From positions 1 through 44,169 of the forward strand of contig JNEM01010257.1 in assembly GCA_000697335.1 (NCBI GenBank): a DNA stretch of 44,169 nt. The letters are read 5' to 3'. The position numbers and the translations under genes were made by a program. The stretch is from Conidiobolus incongruus B7586 (taxonomy: Eukaryota). Of the stretch, positions 26,424 through 37,916 are shown piece after piece (positions within the stretch are counted from its first letter, which is position 1; each line of letters begins with the position of its first letter). The notes beneath the pieces are model-generated. The model made no database searches. It saw only the letters and a list, made by a program, of their open reading frames with translations, and was not told the origin of the DNA.

Positions 26424-26942
26424 ATGATCAAGTTAATTGCTATTCTAACTTTAACTAGTATGACCCAATGTGCTAGCATCAATCGTCGCGAAATGTCATT
26501 GAGTTCTTGGGCATCTCCGAATGTCCAGCAAGCCCAATCGTTGAATCCAGCAGTACAAGGATTCACTACATTCCCATTTGGTTCAACATTCTTGAACCGT
26601 AGAGGATTAGGACTAACAACAATCAATTCTCCTGAAGTCAACCAACAGCAAGATATCGAGACCAACGAAGGTTTAGGATTATTCGACGGTTGGGGAGGCA
26701 GTGACAACACCTTCACATCCAATAGCTTTAACAATGTTGGGGGTATTAACAGAGGCCTCGGTATATCAGATTTCGAGCATGACTTAGGAGCTGTAGGGAA
26801 TCTAATCTTCAGAAGATCTCTTAACTTAGATAAGTGGGCATCTCCAGATGTGAAACAAGCCCAGGCTATGAATGGTCAGTGGCCAGTTCCAGAGGTAATT
26901 CATGAAAAACCATGGCGATTTTTACCCACTTTCATCAATTAA
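26424..26942 (+). CDS. Secreted Kex2-processed repeat precursor, paralog C (172 aa, 3 repeat units)
   Basis: Signal MIKLIAILTLTSMTQCA; units after NRR, NRR and FRR; shares DNTFxxNSFNNVGGxN with paralog A; ends TFIN. Confidence 0.85.
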   Translation: MIKLIAILTLTSMTQCASINRREMSLSSWASPNVQQAQSLNPAVQGFTTFPFGSTFLNRRGLGLTTINSPEVNQQQDIETNEGLGLFDGWGGSDNTFTSNSFNNVGGINRGLGISDFEHDLGAVGNLIFRRSLNLDKWASPDVKQAQAMNGQWPVPEVIHEKPWRFLPTFIN

Positions 26943-27819
26943 TTAAATTTCAATTAACATAATAATCCTTATTTATTTTATATTATTAAAATCGCTCATT
27001 TTTAAAAAAATATTAATATATAATGTAACTATTATATTTCATATAATAGAATGATTAATTAAACTGATCTTTATGTCTTTTTACCAATGAAATGAATTGA
27101 ATAATCAAAGGGTATTATGATTCCAGATTTTATAATGACTTTTAAAATATATCAATGATTCATTATCACTATAATCTTAATAATTGTTTGTTTTTAAGTT
27201 GGTATTAATATAATATAACCTATTAAATGTGCAGTTATTTTTTATCAAATGAATCAATTTAATACTCCAATACATTAGTAAATAGGTTATTGACAAAAAG
27301 ATCAATTATTCATATCACAGTGACTGTGCTAGTATTATATAATGAAGATTTGTTCTAATTCTTTTTTAATTTCTATAAATGATAGTTGATATTTAATAAA
27401 ATTTCAATTAAATTATATTATATTAAAAATAAAAATTGTGTCATTTTTACTATTAAATCAATATTTCTCTCATTTATTTTTAATAATAAATATAGTATAT
27501 AATTTTTAGTTTTATATAATGAGTAGAATTTTTTAAAGAAATAGTTAAAAATCTGAAAAAATTAATTTTGTGAATTTAAATGTGATTAAATTAAAAAATT
27601 TTAGTTTGATATATAATGAACTTAATAGTAAGCAATATATTGATAATATTTATAATATTGTATCATCCAAAATATCTGATATATTCTTTGAATATGTATT
27701 GAGTAATTTCAATCAATCCATCATTCTATTATCCTAAAATATAACGAAGTGTTCATTAGTTCTGATATATTTGCAAGTTTTACAATTCTCAAATTAAAGG
27801 TTTTTATTGAATCCTAAAT

Positions 27820-28188
27820 AAGCACTGTCATCGACGAGTCATCGGAGTAATCACATCTTTGAATATAAACAGTCCAATTATGTATGACTTGAATCAAATT
27901 TTTAAAGCCTATTCAAAGTGCCAGGAGAAATAATGAAAATATGTGTATGTGATATTAAACAATTGATAGTAATGAATGTGCTTGGTTAGCAAGTCCTCGC
28001 CTACTATTTCCTGGATCATTGCTAAAGCCCCAGATAATATCCATAAAGATATCTTTGGTCTTCAGAGTGAACTATTTGCCACTACAGCTGCTTCAACGGA
28101 TGAAGATATTATTGTAATGTATTCTAAGCACGAGGCAGATTTATCTGATTCGAATTTTGTGTATTTATCTGGATTTCCTCAATTCTAA
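27820..28188 (+). pseudogene. Coding-like island of unknown identity, possibly a gene fragment with an intron near 27945-27989
   Basis: Raised GC, a 70-codon ORF with ordinary amino-acid composition, and GTATGT...TTAG intron-like signals. The upstream frame is interrupted by a stop. No family recognised. Confidence 0.25.
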
Positions 28189-29497
28189 TTATAATAAATT
28201 ATATTTCATAAATTTCATTATAATTACTCACAATTCATATTTCCCTGAAAACGAATAATTATTATAGAATTATTTAAATAGTTATACATCGTTAAACTTT
28301 ATATCAATTTTAAAGTAATATAAATTCATATTTTAAATACTAAATTTTAATTATATTGTTCAATAAAATAAAATTATACATTTGAATGGTGTCATTAAAC
28401 AATAATTATTATAGATACATAAAATTTAAAATTCAATTATCATTATTAAATATTCAAGTAATTTGATAACCGAAAAATTTTTTCAAATCTTGTTAATAAT
28501 GAAGTTCCTAATGAGGCAGTATCTTGATTGTATAAATTATATAAATATATTATTACCTAAATCTACCATTGTAAATATTGTTTATCAAAGTTTATTTTAT
28601 ATATTGAATGAAAGAATATAATATATAATAGCACTCAAAATCTATGATTATAATATTATTTTTTAATTGGATTGCAAATAAGCATCAATATTAAATCATA
28701 ATAATTCAATCTATTATATACTCAAGTTGATTAGAAAATATTTAGGCTTCACACCCCCCTACATTGAATACATACTACTATAAACAACTGTTTCAATTCT
28801 GTTTGAATATCCTATATTTTATGTACACTATTTTAATTAGATTTTTATATACAATGGAAATTCACAAGAATAGAATTTTATAAAATGATCTCATCAGAAT
28901 ATATCAAATTTTTTCAATTCCTAATATTGTAAAAAACTGAACATTAAATCATGATAGCTATAAAGCTACCTTGTTTATATTATCATGAGTCAGTTGATAT
29001 ATATAGTATTAAGTATTTATTTATATATAATTAATAAACAATAATCTTATATAAAAAAGGTTTGAAATCAGTGATTATCAAATTGATAAAATTTAAGCCA
29101 AAATAACTTCAATGCCAATTCAGTGAAAATCGAATAATAACATAATTTTTCGAATAATCGTCAATATCATAATAATAATAATAAAGTTCAATATGAAATG
29201 TGAAATTTATTATTATGTTTAACCATTATATTTCATATTAAATCATAGTGAAAGATATTTTTATAGTTGGTCAAGGAATTTTGTTTATAAATCACTAATA
29301 TTTTGAAATTTGGTAAGTGGACACAAGTTTTTTTCTTAGAATAATTCCACTAATTAGTTCAAAATTGACAGAAATTATTTGAATTTTATCAAATTTAATG
29401 ATATCATCATATTTTATTATCTTTAACTGAATAAAATTTAAACTTTATCTCTTTCAACACATAAAACAAATTTATTTTAATTATAACAGAAATAATA

Positions 29498-30473
29498 ATG
29501 AATCAGCAAGACGATTTTATCAATTATTTAAAATCCAATATTGAGAGAGATTTAAAAAAGCTAAATTCTCTAAAATCTATCACCAACCAAGATTTGGATA
29601 CTGTGTTAAATATTATTCGAAATTCAAAACAATCAATCAATAATAGCTTTATTAACGAAAATACTAATACTAGTCACATTAAAAAACCTTCTGTACCTAA
29701 GAAAATTGGTGACACTATTGGTACTGTAGAAATTTCGAAATCAGATTTCAACGATAATAGTTCGAAATTTAGTTATGCTTCCAAACCCAAATCATTTGAA
29801 AATGTCAACAAATTTGCTCAAGAAGTTAAGAACACTGTAGAGTCTAAACCTTCTTACAGCAATAACGATTCCAATATCGATGAAGATCGTCCTATCGCTT
29901 CGGTGAGATCTGCTGCAGCTATGTTCGGTGCGAAATCTTTGGCTGCTGGCCCTCCTCCCCCTATTGCCAATAAGCCTGCAGGGTTCAATAAAGCTAATTT
30001 GACTAAGTCAGTATCGTCAGCTGCTGCTAATTCTTTCAAAATGCCAGAGCCTGCCAGCAGTCAGACCAGTATTCCCACATTGCCAAGTCGTACTAACTCT
30101 ACAGCTTCTTCTCGTGCTTATCCCCCTCCAGCAGCTGCTGACCGCTCTCCGATACCCGAGCCTGCGGCCAGAGCCCCCATGCCAGCACCTGTTCCTGAAC
30201 CTGCACCAAGAGCTCCCCCTGCCCTGCCCACTACCAAGAAGCCAGAACCCTACTTGATTGAAGTGGTTGCCGAATACGATTTCACAGGAGAAGATGATAC
30301 GGAATTGTCGTTTACAGAAGGTCAAACTATCTTCGTTACAGAATACAGTAAGTTTTCATAATTTACACATTAATTATTATTAATTCATTAATTTAGTTGA
30401 TGATCAATGGTGGAAGGGAAGGTGTGAAGGCAAAGTTGGTATGTTCCCAAGATCTTATGTTAGAGAAGTTTAA
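29498..30473 (+). CDS. Proline-rich C-terminal SH3-domain protein, 308 aa; exons 29498-30347 and 30397-30473
   Basis: Intron 30348-30396 (GTAAGT...TTTAG) completes the SH3 domain: VAEYDF..ELSF..TEY-IDDQWWKGRCEGKVGMFPRSYV. The N-terminal helix resembles the Lsb1/Pin3 N-terminus from recall. Confidence 0.85.
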
Positions 30474-30929
30474 TACTTCATTTTTAAAATGACATTTAAT
30501 TGAAATTATAAATTACTATTAATTTTAAAATTTTTAAAACAATGGTATTTGAATAAATAACGTTGACTTAATACAAATTGAAATCAAAAGAGTTAATTTG
30601 ATATTGAACATTTATAAAATATTAATTTTTGAATATAATAAATACAATTATTGAAAATTTATGCAACAATTGGAAAAAAATCCAAATCTTTAATGAAAAA
30701 ATTAACAAACATAATATAAAACCCTGTAATATATACTCTATTCCATTTATTAATTTAGCTAAATGCTTATATATATATATGTATGTGTATATATTAAAAT
30801 TATAATTTTAAAAATATGACCAAACTTTGAAAAATTATCGAATGAAGTGTGTATAAGGAGATTGTACAAGTTGGAATGAAAGCTTGGAAGATAGGATGAC
30901 GAATGAGATGATGGTTAATATGGATGGAA

Positions 30930-33070
30930 TTATTCTTCCAAGAAGAAATAATTACCGGAAGCCTTTTGTTCGGTATCTTTGATGGAGTTCATCTTGTTGA
31001 TTCTGGGACGGAAGTTGGTGGGATCTCTTCTGAATGTGATTTCGAGGTTGTGTAAGAAGCGGTTCATACCAGTGAGTAAAGATTGAGGTGTGAGGGCGGT
31101 AGCGCTGATAGAAGGAGTACCTTCGTAGACAACAACACGGTCTGCAAGATAGGTGGCCATGATAAAATCGTGTTCGACAATGAAAGCAGTCTTCTTGGAA
31201 TGGAGAATGAAACGTTTGATAACCTTGGCGGCAATAATACGTTGTTCGGAATCAAGATAGGCAGAAGGTTCGTCAATCAAGTAGATATCAGCGGGCTTAC
31301 CGAGAGCCAAAATGAGAGCAACACGTTGCAATTCACCACCAGACAAGTGAGTAACTTCTTGATCCAAGAGAGCTTCGATGTTAAGGGGCTTGACAACATC
31401 AGTTTGGAATTGAGGATGCATGAACATACCCTTGATCTTCTTGAGGAATAACATACGAACGGTACCAGGGAATTTGGGATCGATCTTTTGGGGCTTGTAA
31501 CTGATGTTCAATTCAGGAATTTCTTCTTGGTTGTCGGGCTTGGAGAGACCAGCCAAAAGCTTAATGAAAGTAGTCTTACCAGTACCGTTTTCTCCCAACA
31601 TGACAATGATTTCAGAGTCGGTAAACTCACCAGCTTCGACGCTAAGAGAGAACTCACCTTGAGTCTTGGTCATAGCAGGATATCCATAGCGACGGTGGCG
31701 TTGAATTTCTTCTTGGTTTTCAATGGATTCGACCATCTTGAAAGTAAGAGATTCTTCACGGAAACGCAAGTTTTCGGTGGGAATCATACCATCAAGGAAT
31801 ACGTTGATACCTTCACGAACGGAGTAGGGCAAAGTAACAACACCATAGACACCAGGAACACCATATAAGACACAAACGAAATCGGACAAGTAATCCAAAA
31901 CACTTAAATCGTGCTCGACAACAATGACGTAGCTAAATAATATATAATTAATAAAATGATATTGTTAAAAACGTATATAAAACTTACACAGTGGGGTTCA
32001 ACAAAGCTCTGATACATTTGGCAGCGTTTAATCTTTGCTTAACATCGAGATAACTAGAAGGTTCGTCAAGCATATAACTATATTCAAAATATACCTATTA
32101 GCCAACAATTAATATGTTAAAATTCTATGCAACTTACACATCGGCCTTTTGGACACAGACAACAGCAATAGCGAAACGTTGCAATTCACCACCTGAAAGT
32201 TTAGAAATATCACGATCCAAAATATCTTTGAGATCTAAATTAAATAATATAAGTATCAGCCTAAAAAGCGAAATCAAAATAAATAAAATTACCTAAATAG
32301 TCAACTACGGAATCCTTATTATTCAATTGGAGCTTAGAGTCAATAAGTTGACCGACTTGACCCTTAACAGCTTTAGGAATACTATCGACGAACTGGGGTT
32401 TGATAATAGCCTAATAAAAATTATAAATATCTAAAATTATGATATCGATATAATGTTAATTACTCTGATATTGTCTTCCAAAATTTTAGTAAAGTAGTTT
32501 TGTAATTCGGAACCTCTGAAATATTTCAAAATATCTTGCCAGTCAGGAGGATTCTGTTAATATTAAAAATTAGTAATCAATTTTAGGAGTAATTTCAATC
32601 ATCAAAAACCTACAGCAAATTGACCCAAATTAGGCTTCAGCTTGCCAGCTAAAATTTTCAAGGCGGTAGATTTACCGATACCGTTAGTACCTACGAGGCC
32701 CAAGACTTGTCCGGGTCTGGGAGTAGGAAGACGGTGAAGTTTGAAGGAGTTGGCAGTATAACGGTGAGTAGTATCTTTTTCCAAGTTAGTGGGCAAATTG
32801 ATAATGGTAATGGCTTCAAAGGGGCACTTCTTCACACAGATACCACAACCGATACATAATTCTTCACTGATCTGGGAGATCTTGGAGGTGGCGACGACTT
32901 CAATACAAAGTTTACCTATATAACAATGAGTAAACACTTAATAGCTACTGGAAATACTTTTATTTACCTCCCCTGTTGACAGGACAACCCTTCTTACACT
33001 CCTGACGACATTTTTTAGGTTTGCATCGGTCGTTATTGACAATAGCGATACGGGATAATCTATCACTCAT
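30930..33070 (-). CDS. RLI1: ABCE1/Rli1 Fe-S ABC ATPase ribosome recycling factor, 600 aa; exons 33070-32968, 32915-32614, 32553-32464, 32410-32293, 32234-32138, 32077-31988, 31932-30930
   Basis: [34 protein letters not shown], Walker A motifs GTNGIGKST and GENGTGKTT, two LSGGELQR signatures, and the GNYFFLEE terminus. Six GT-AG introns give an open 1803-nt CDS. Confidence 0.97.
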
Positions 33071-35047
33071 ATTTTATTCCAATTCTAACAGATACTATTA
33101 ATCAAAACTATAAGAGTTGCTAATGTTTTTAGCAAATCGTTAGAATAATTCAATGCAAACTTGTAAAAGATCAAGCTCAATTGAAAAAGAGACGTGAAAA
33201 ACTTCATGTTTTAAAGGGTTTTTTGAGATCTTCAAATTTTGGGTTTGAAATTATTGATTAAGATGGCTGAATTGTGAATTGGTTAAGTTTTGATTGGCTG
33301 ATGAAGAAGCTAAATGGTAAATGATTGAAGAATTCAATTTTTTACAATGTGAAATTAAGTATAATTGTTGAGTGATAAGATGTTGATAAAGATGAATTGA
33401 TCTAATCTTAATACAACTTGATTGGGTACTCAATTTCACCAAATCCATGTCAAATTGCACAAATTGAATGAATATATGGATTATATTTAGGGCACTCTTA
33501 ATTAATTTTGAATTTAATGATTAAAATACTGTAATATTAGTATGTAACAATTTCATATAAAATATTATATATATAATATTAAAATCACAGTCTTAAAGAC
33601 ATTCATCAGTCACTTACTCTTCCAAAGCTCCACATTTTACATTAGATTTAATGATGTCGTAATCAATAATGGTTTTAATTACATCATTATTCATTTGAAT
33701 CTAGTTTGTATTGATTAATGAACAAAAAACTATTGCCTAAATTGTAATTAATAATTGAGGACAAATATTATATATATATGGTTCGATTGAAATATATCAG
33801 GACTGAATTTTTATTTAAACTCTGTATTATATTATTGGTAATATGTAACATTTTCTAAATAATTTATTTTTTGCTTACAAAATTTTGAATTATAAAAATT
33901 TCCATGTAAATAACACATTTTTTATAAGCAATTATGTATATTATATATAACATAATATATTTAAAATATTTATTAATTTTGTTATAACAAACACTACAAA
34001 TTTAAAAGATAAAATTTTAATCAATAGCTTATAAAATGCTATAGGTTTTCAATAAAAATAATTAACCGTAAAATTTACATTCAACTGGATATTATATCAA
34101 AAAAATGTTAATTATCATTAATATCTTTGATGTTTTATATTTTTGATATAAACTCAAGTTTGATAGTTTAATTCATAGAAATATAGATTAAGCAATTAGA
34201 ATTAGAAAATCATCCAAAATACATGTTCACGAATTTAATCATAATTTCGTAAAATATTTGATTTTTTCATCAGTTTATTCAAACAGATAATTTGTGTATG
34301 TTATTTTTAATCATTCTAATATATAGGATTACAATATTTAGTAGATATTATTAAATATTAATAGCTTAAAATAATAAATGTATTAAAATATATTTGAAAA
34401 ATATTTTGATGCTATAATACTTTAGCTTTTAAATTGAAACAATGAACTAAATTAAAATGTACCCCTTAAAATATAGATTAATTTGAATTGTTCAATAAAT
34501 CAATTTTATATGAATTTTGTGTATATGAATTAATCCAATTTATTAATTATCAATAGTGTTACTAAATTAAACATTTCAAATTTCAGCCAAAATATATCTG
34601 CTATAAAACATAGTATAAATTATATCATTTAAATATTACAATTATTTCGAATATATATATAGCAAATAAACCTTTATAATGAAGTAATCACAATATTCTA
34701 TCGTTTAGCATATTGTTTGACAAAATTAAATATTTTGTAAATTTTAGAATATTTTACATTTTATAAATAGTGCTTATAAAATATATATAATCGATACTTT
34801 AGTAAACTAAATCAAAAATAAATATAAATATATAGTAAAATACAATATGCAAATTAACAATGAAATATTAAAGTAGATTATTTGAAAAATAAATACTGAT
34901 GAACTAATATAACAAATTTTAAATATTATTTTTGTATAATTAATTATCAAAGCATTGATATAAATAGTGGTTAAAATTTAATACTACAATAATCAGCTAT
35001 TTATTAATTAAAAAGCTTTACTATTTCGATATTATACATACTATACA

Positions 35048-37130
35048 TTAATTTCTTCTATGAAATTTAAATAAATAAAAACTTTCATTGGTTAAGATTC
35101 CCAATCGATAGTTATATAATCTGCTGTCGAAGCAGTCATTAGGTACCTGTTCTGATTTAGATTCTTCATGGGTAACTTGAAGGTTATAGGAGGTGCCTTT
35201 GGGCTGATTGAGTTGGAGAAATGTGATAAAATTCACTTTTTCGTGTTTTGGAAATGGAATAGTTATTTTTGATGCTTTGTGTTGATTGGCTTGTCGAACG
35301 ATTACTTGGGTGTCGTCTTTGTCTGTATGTGCTATAAAATATTGACTGGAATCCATAGGAAAATGTAGTGCACATGTTTGAGTCAAATTTAATTGAATAC
35401 TTTCGTGTGTAGTTAATTCAAGAACCTTAAGTCGATAAGATGGTTCAGAGTGCGTATGTGGTGGTTTGGATGATTGAAGTACACGCATATATGATAATTT
35501 ACAGACTGCATGCTGAGTAAATGGCTGATTGGGAAGCCGTAGTGAAAACAGGTAGCATTCATTATTAATTCGACTGACTGAGTAAATATCTAAATTTTGA
35601 GTTAAAGGTTTGCCATCCGACCAAATTTCATTGAAATGTAAATTGAGTTGGCCCAAATAGATTCCTCTTGAAGTGACTAGCAATAAATAATCATCTTTGG
35701 GTAAGTACTCTATAAATAATAATGTACATTCGTTTAATAAACTTGGCTCAAAGATTTTCACTGGCTCCTGTTGGCTTATAGTAAGATCAAAATAATATAT
35801 TGTACCAGAAGCACCTCCTGCATAAAATATATTAGGGTTATTATTGTGGAAACAGCAGCACCAAAGTTTTGTTGGTAGGGTAAAGGAATGGACAATGGTT
35901 GAGTGAATAGATTTAGATCGACTACTTTTACTATGCTTGCGATAAATTACTCTGCTATCAACACCAACACTTAAAGAATAAATGTCACCATTGGAATTTG
36001 TAAAAGATCTGATACTTTTGATTTGAGCTGAATGTCCTCTGAACAATGTTTGACGAGATTTGAATGGTTTAGAGAGTTGGGATATACATAAAATACCATG
36101 CGATTCGGAGTCGAATTGTTTTCCAACGAGTAGAATATCTTGACAATCAATGTATGTTAGATATCGGGTGGGCATGTCAAAAGAGTTGGATAATTTGAGT
36201 TTTTGATCCAAGATAAAAATGGGCATATTAACATTTTGACTCTGACTCAAATAAGGAGGATCAATAGAATCAACGCTATGGCTCAATCTCCTGAATATGG
36301 ATGATTAGAGTGAGTAATTGATATAATAAGGAACGGCGTTTAGCATTTACCTTCTCTTAACCTCATCCACTTTCCTCCTCATAACTTCTATTAAACTCAC
36401 TTCATTCAAAAAATTCTGTCTGTAAACTTCGCAAATCGCACCATATGTCTTCATTTTCATCCTTGTCTCTTTCAACTCTTCCTGCAGCTGAATTATCTCA
36501 CCATGGTCCTGAACCGCCAAATTCTCAGCAAATATTAACCTTAAGCCCCTCAGTGTGATTCTTTGATTACATGTGGGGCATTTTACAACACGAGTGTTTG
36601 CACTTTGGATCCATCTTAATATACAACTACATTAAAAAAATTATTAATTAATAAAATAATATAAAGAATTCAATATTTGGTAAATACCTGTAACCAAATA
36701 AATGACCACATTTCGTACTAGTAATTTGGTGGTCTCCAGAAGCGGTCCAATGGTCCAAACAAATGGGACAATTTTCTTTATACTCCTAAATTTTAAATTT
36801 AAAACTCAAGAAATAAATCTAAGTGGATAAAAATAATACTTTATGTCCCTGAGTTCTTTTGGTAGCTGTACTTGTCGAAGGTAAATCAGTTTCATTTTGA
36901 ATTACATTATGACTAAGTGGTTGAGGATTTGAAGTAGAAGGCTGAGACAATGTTAGTTGAGATGTTATTGATGATAATTGAGTACTTGTAGAAGGTAAAT
37001 TAAATTCACTATTCGAAATTTCATACAGGCTATAGCGTTGAGAACTTGAAGAGGGGTGAGATGTTATTGGCGACAATCTAGGTGACGACTCAGTACTCGA
37101 TATTATTATTATAGAGTCGTCAGATAACAT
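35048..37130 (-). CDS. RFWD3-like RING/coiled-coil/WD40 E3 ubiquitin ligase, paralog 1 (635 aa); exons 37130-36840, 36785-36688, 36626-36351, 36290-35048
   Basis: Splicing yields CPICLDHWTASGDHQITSTKCGHLFGYSCILRW...KCPTCN (RFWD3-type RING with G in CGHLFG), a coiled coil, then a beta-rich domain with LWCCCF..NPNIFYAG. Confidence 0.85.
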
Positions 37131-37667
37131 TTGATTTATTAATATATTATAAATATATTAAGAAAATATTAAGAATATTAGTAATATAAAGATAAACAGG
37201 TAAATAAAAGAGTTAAATTTATTTATTACTAATCCGAGTCCCCTATTTATATACCCGAAACCAATCAGAAAAATATGGTATTTCACTAATATTTTGAAAA
37301 GTAATTTAATAATTCGATACATAAAATGTCCTTAATAAAAATTATCCGATTAGAAACGTTTTTCATCATAGTTAATGAAATATTTTGCACGACTATACAC
37401 GTCCAATTAATCAATGCCTTCTAAATCTACAGAAAATATTTTCCAAATTATGAAAATTATTCGAAATTTATTAAAACAAAATCAATTGATTGATGTATAA
37501 CATATAATTCAAGTTTTTTATTCTAACATAGATATTATTAATTATTCAAAACATATCCAATTTGTGAACATTATATATAAAATGCATTGTAATTTTAAAA
37601 TTAAAAATTATCAGTGTAAATCAAGATAAAATTTGTTATATAGTTGGCATCAGATAAATATTGATAT

Positions 37668-37687
37668 TATATATATATATATATATA
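37668..37687. repeat. (TA)n microsatellite
   Basis: Directly visible dinucleotide run. Confidence 0.8.
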
Positions 37688-37916
37688 ATATAACCAATGA
37701 TATTTCAAAAAAAAATAGAGAAGTATTATAATGATGAGAATATATAAAAGTTTTTAATAATACTATTTATTTAATGACAACATATTTGAAATACAAATTG
37801 AAAAAAATTGATAATTTATTTTGACTTTAAAATTGCTCTATTTGTTTTCCTAATTTATATTATTGAGATTATAATTAATTATAAGCTTTAACACTATAAT
37901 TAATTTTTTTCATTTG

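Noticed and set aside
9843..26942. Mating-type locus (homeodomain gene plus pheromone-like precursors)
   Set aside because: Single homeobox gene 11 kb away with unrelated genes between; no receptor, no CAAX motif, no Ste13-type spacers; units are long and non-identical.
21820..26942. Dikaritin-type RiPP biosynthetic cluster
   Set aside because: No DUF3328/UstY oxidase or other tailoring enzyme is visible nearby, and the units lack short repeated cores.
31064..31868. Alternative-frame and antisense ORFs over RLI1 (similar ones overlie the kinase, aminoacylase, SH3, homeobox and precursor genes)
   Set aside because: Shadow ORFs caused by the codon bias of real genes; no independent motifs.
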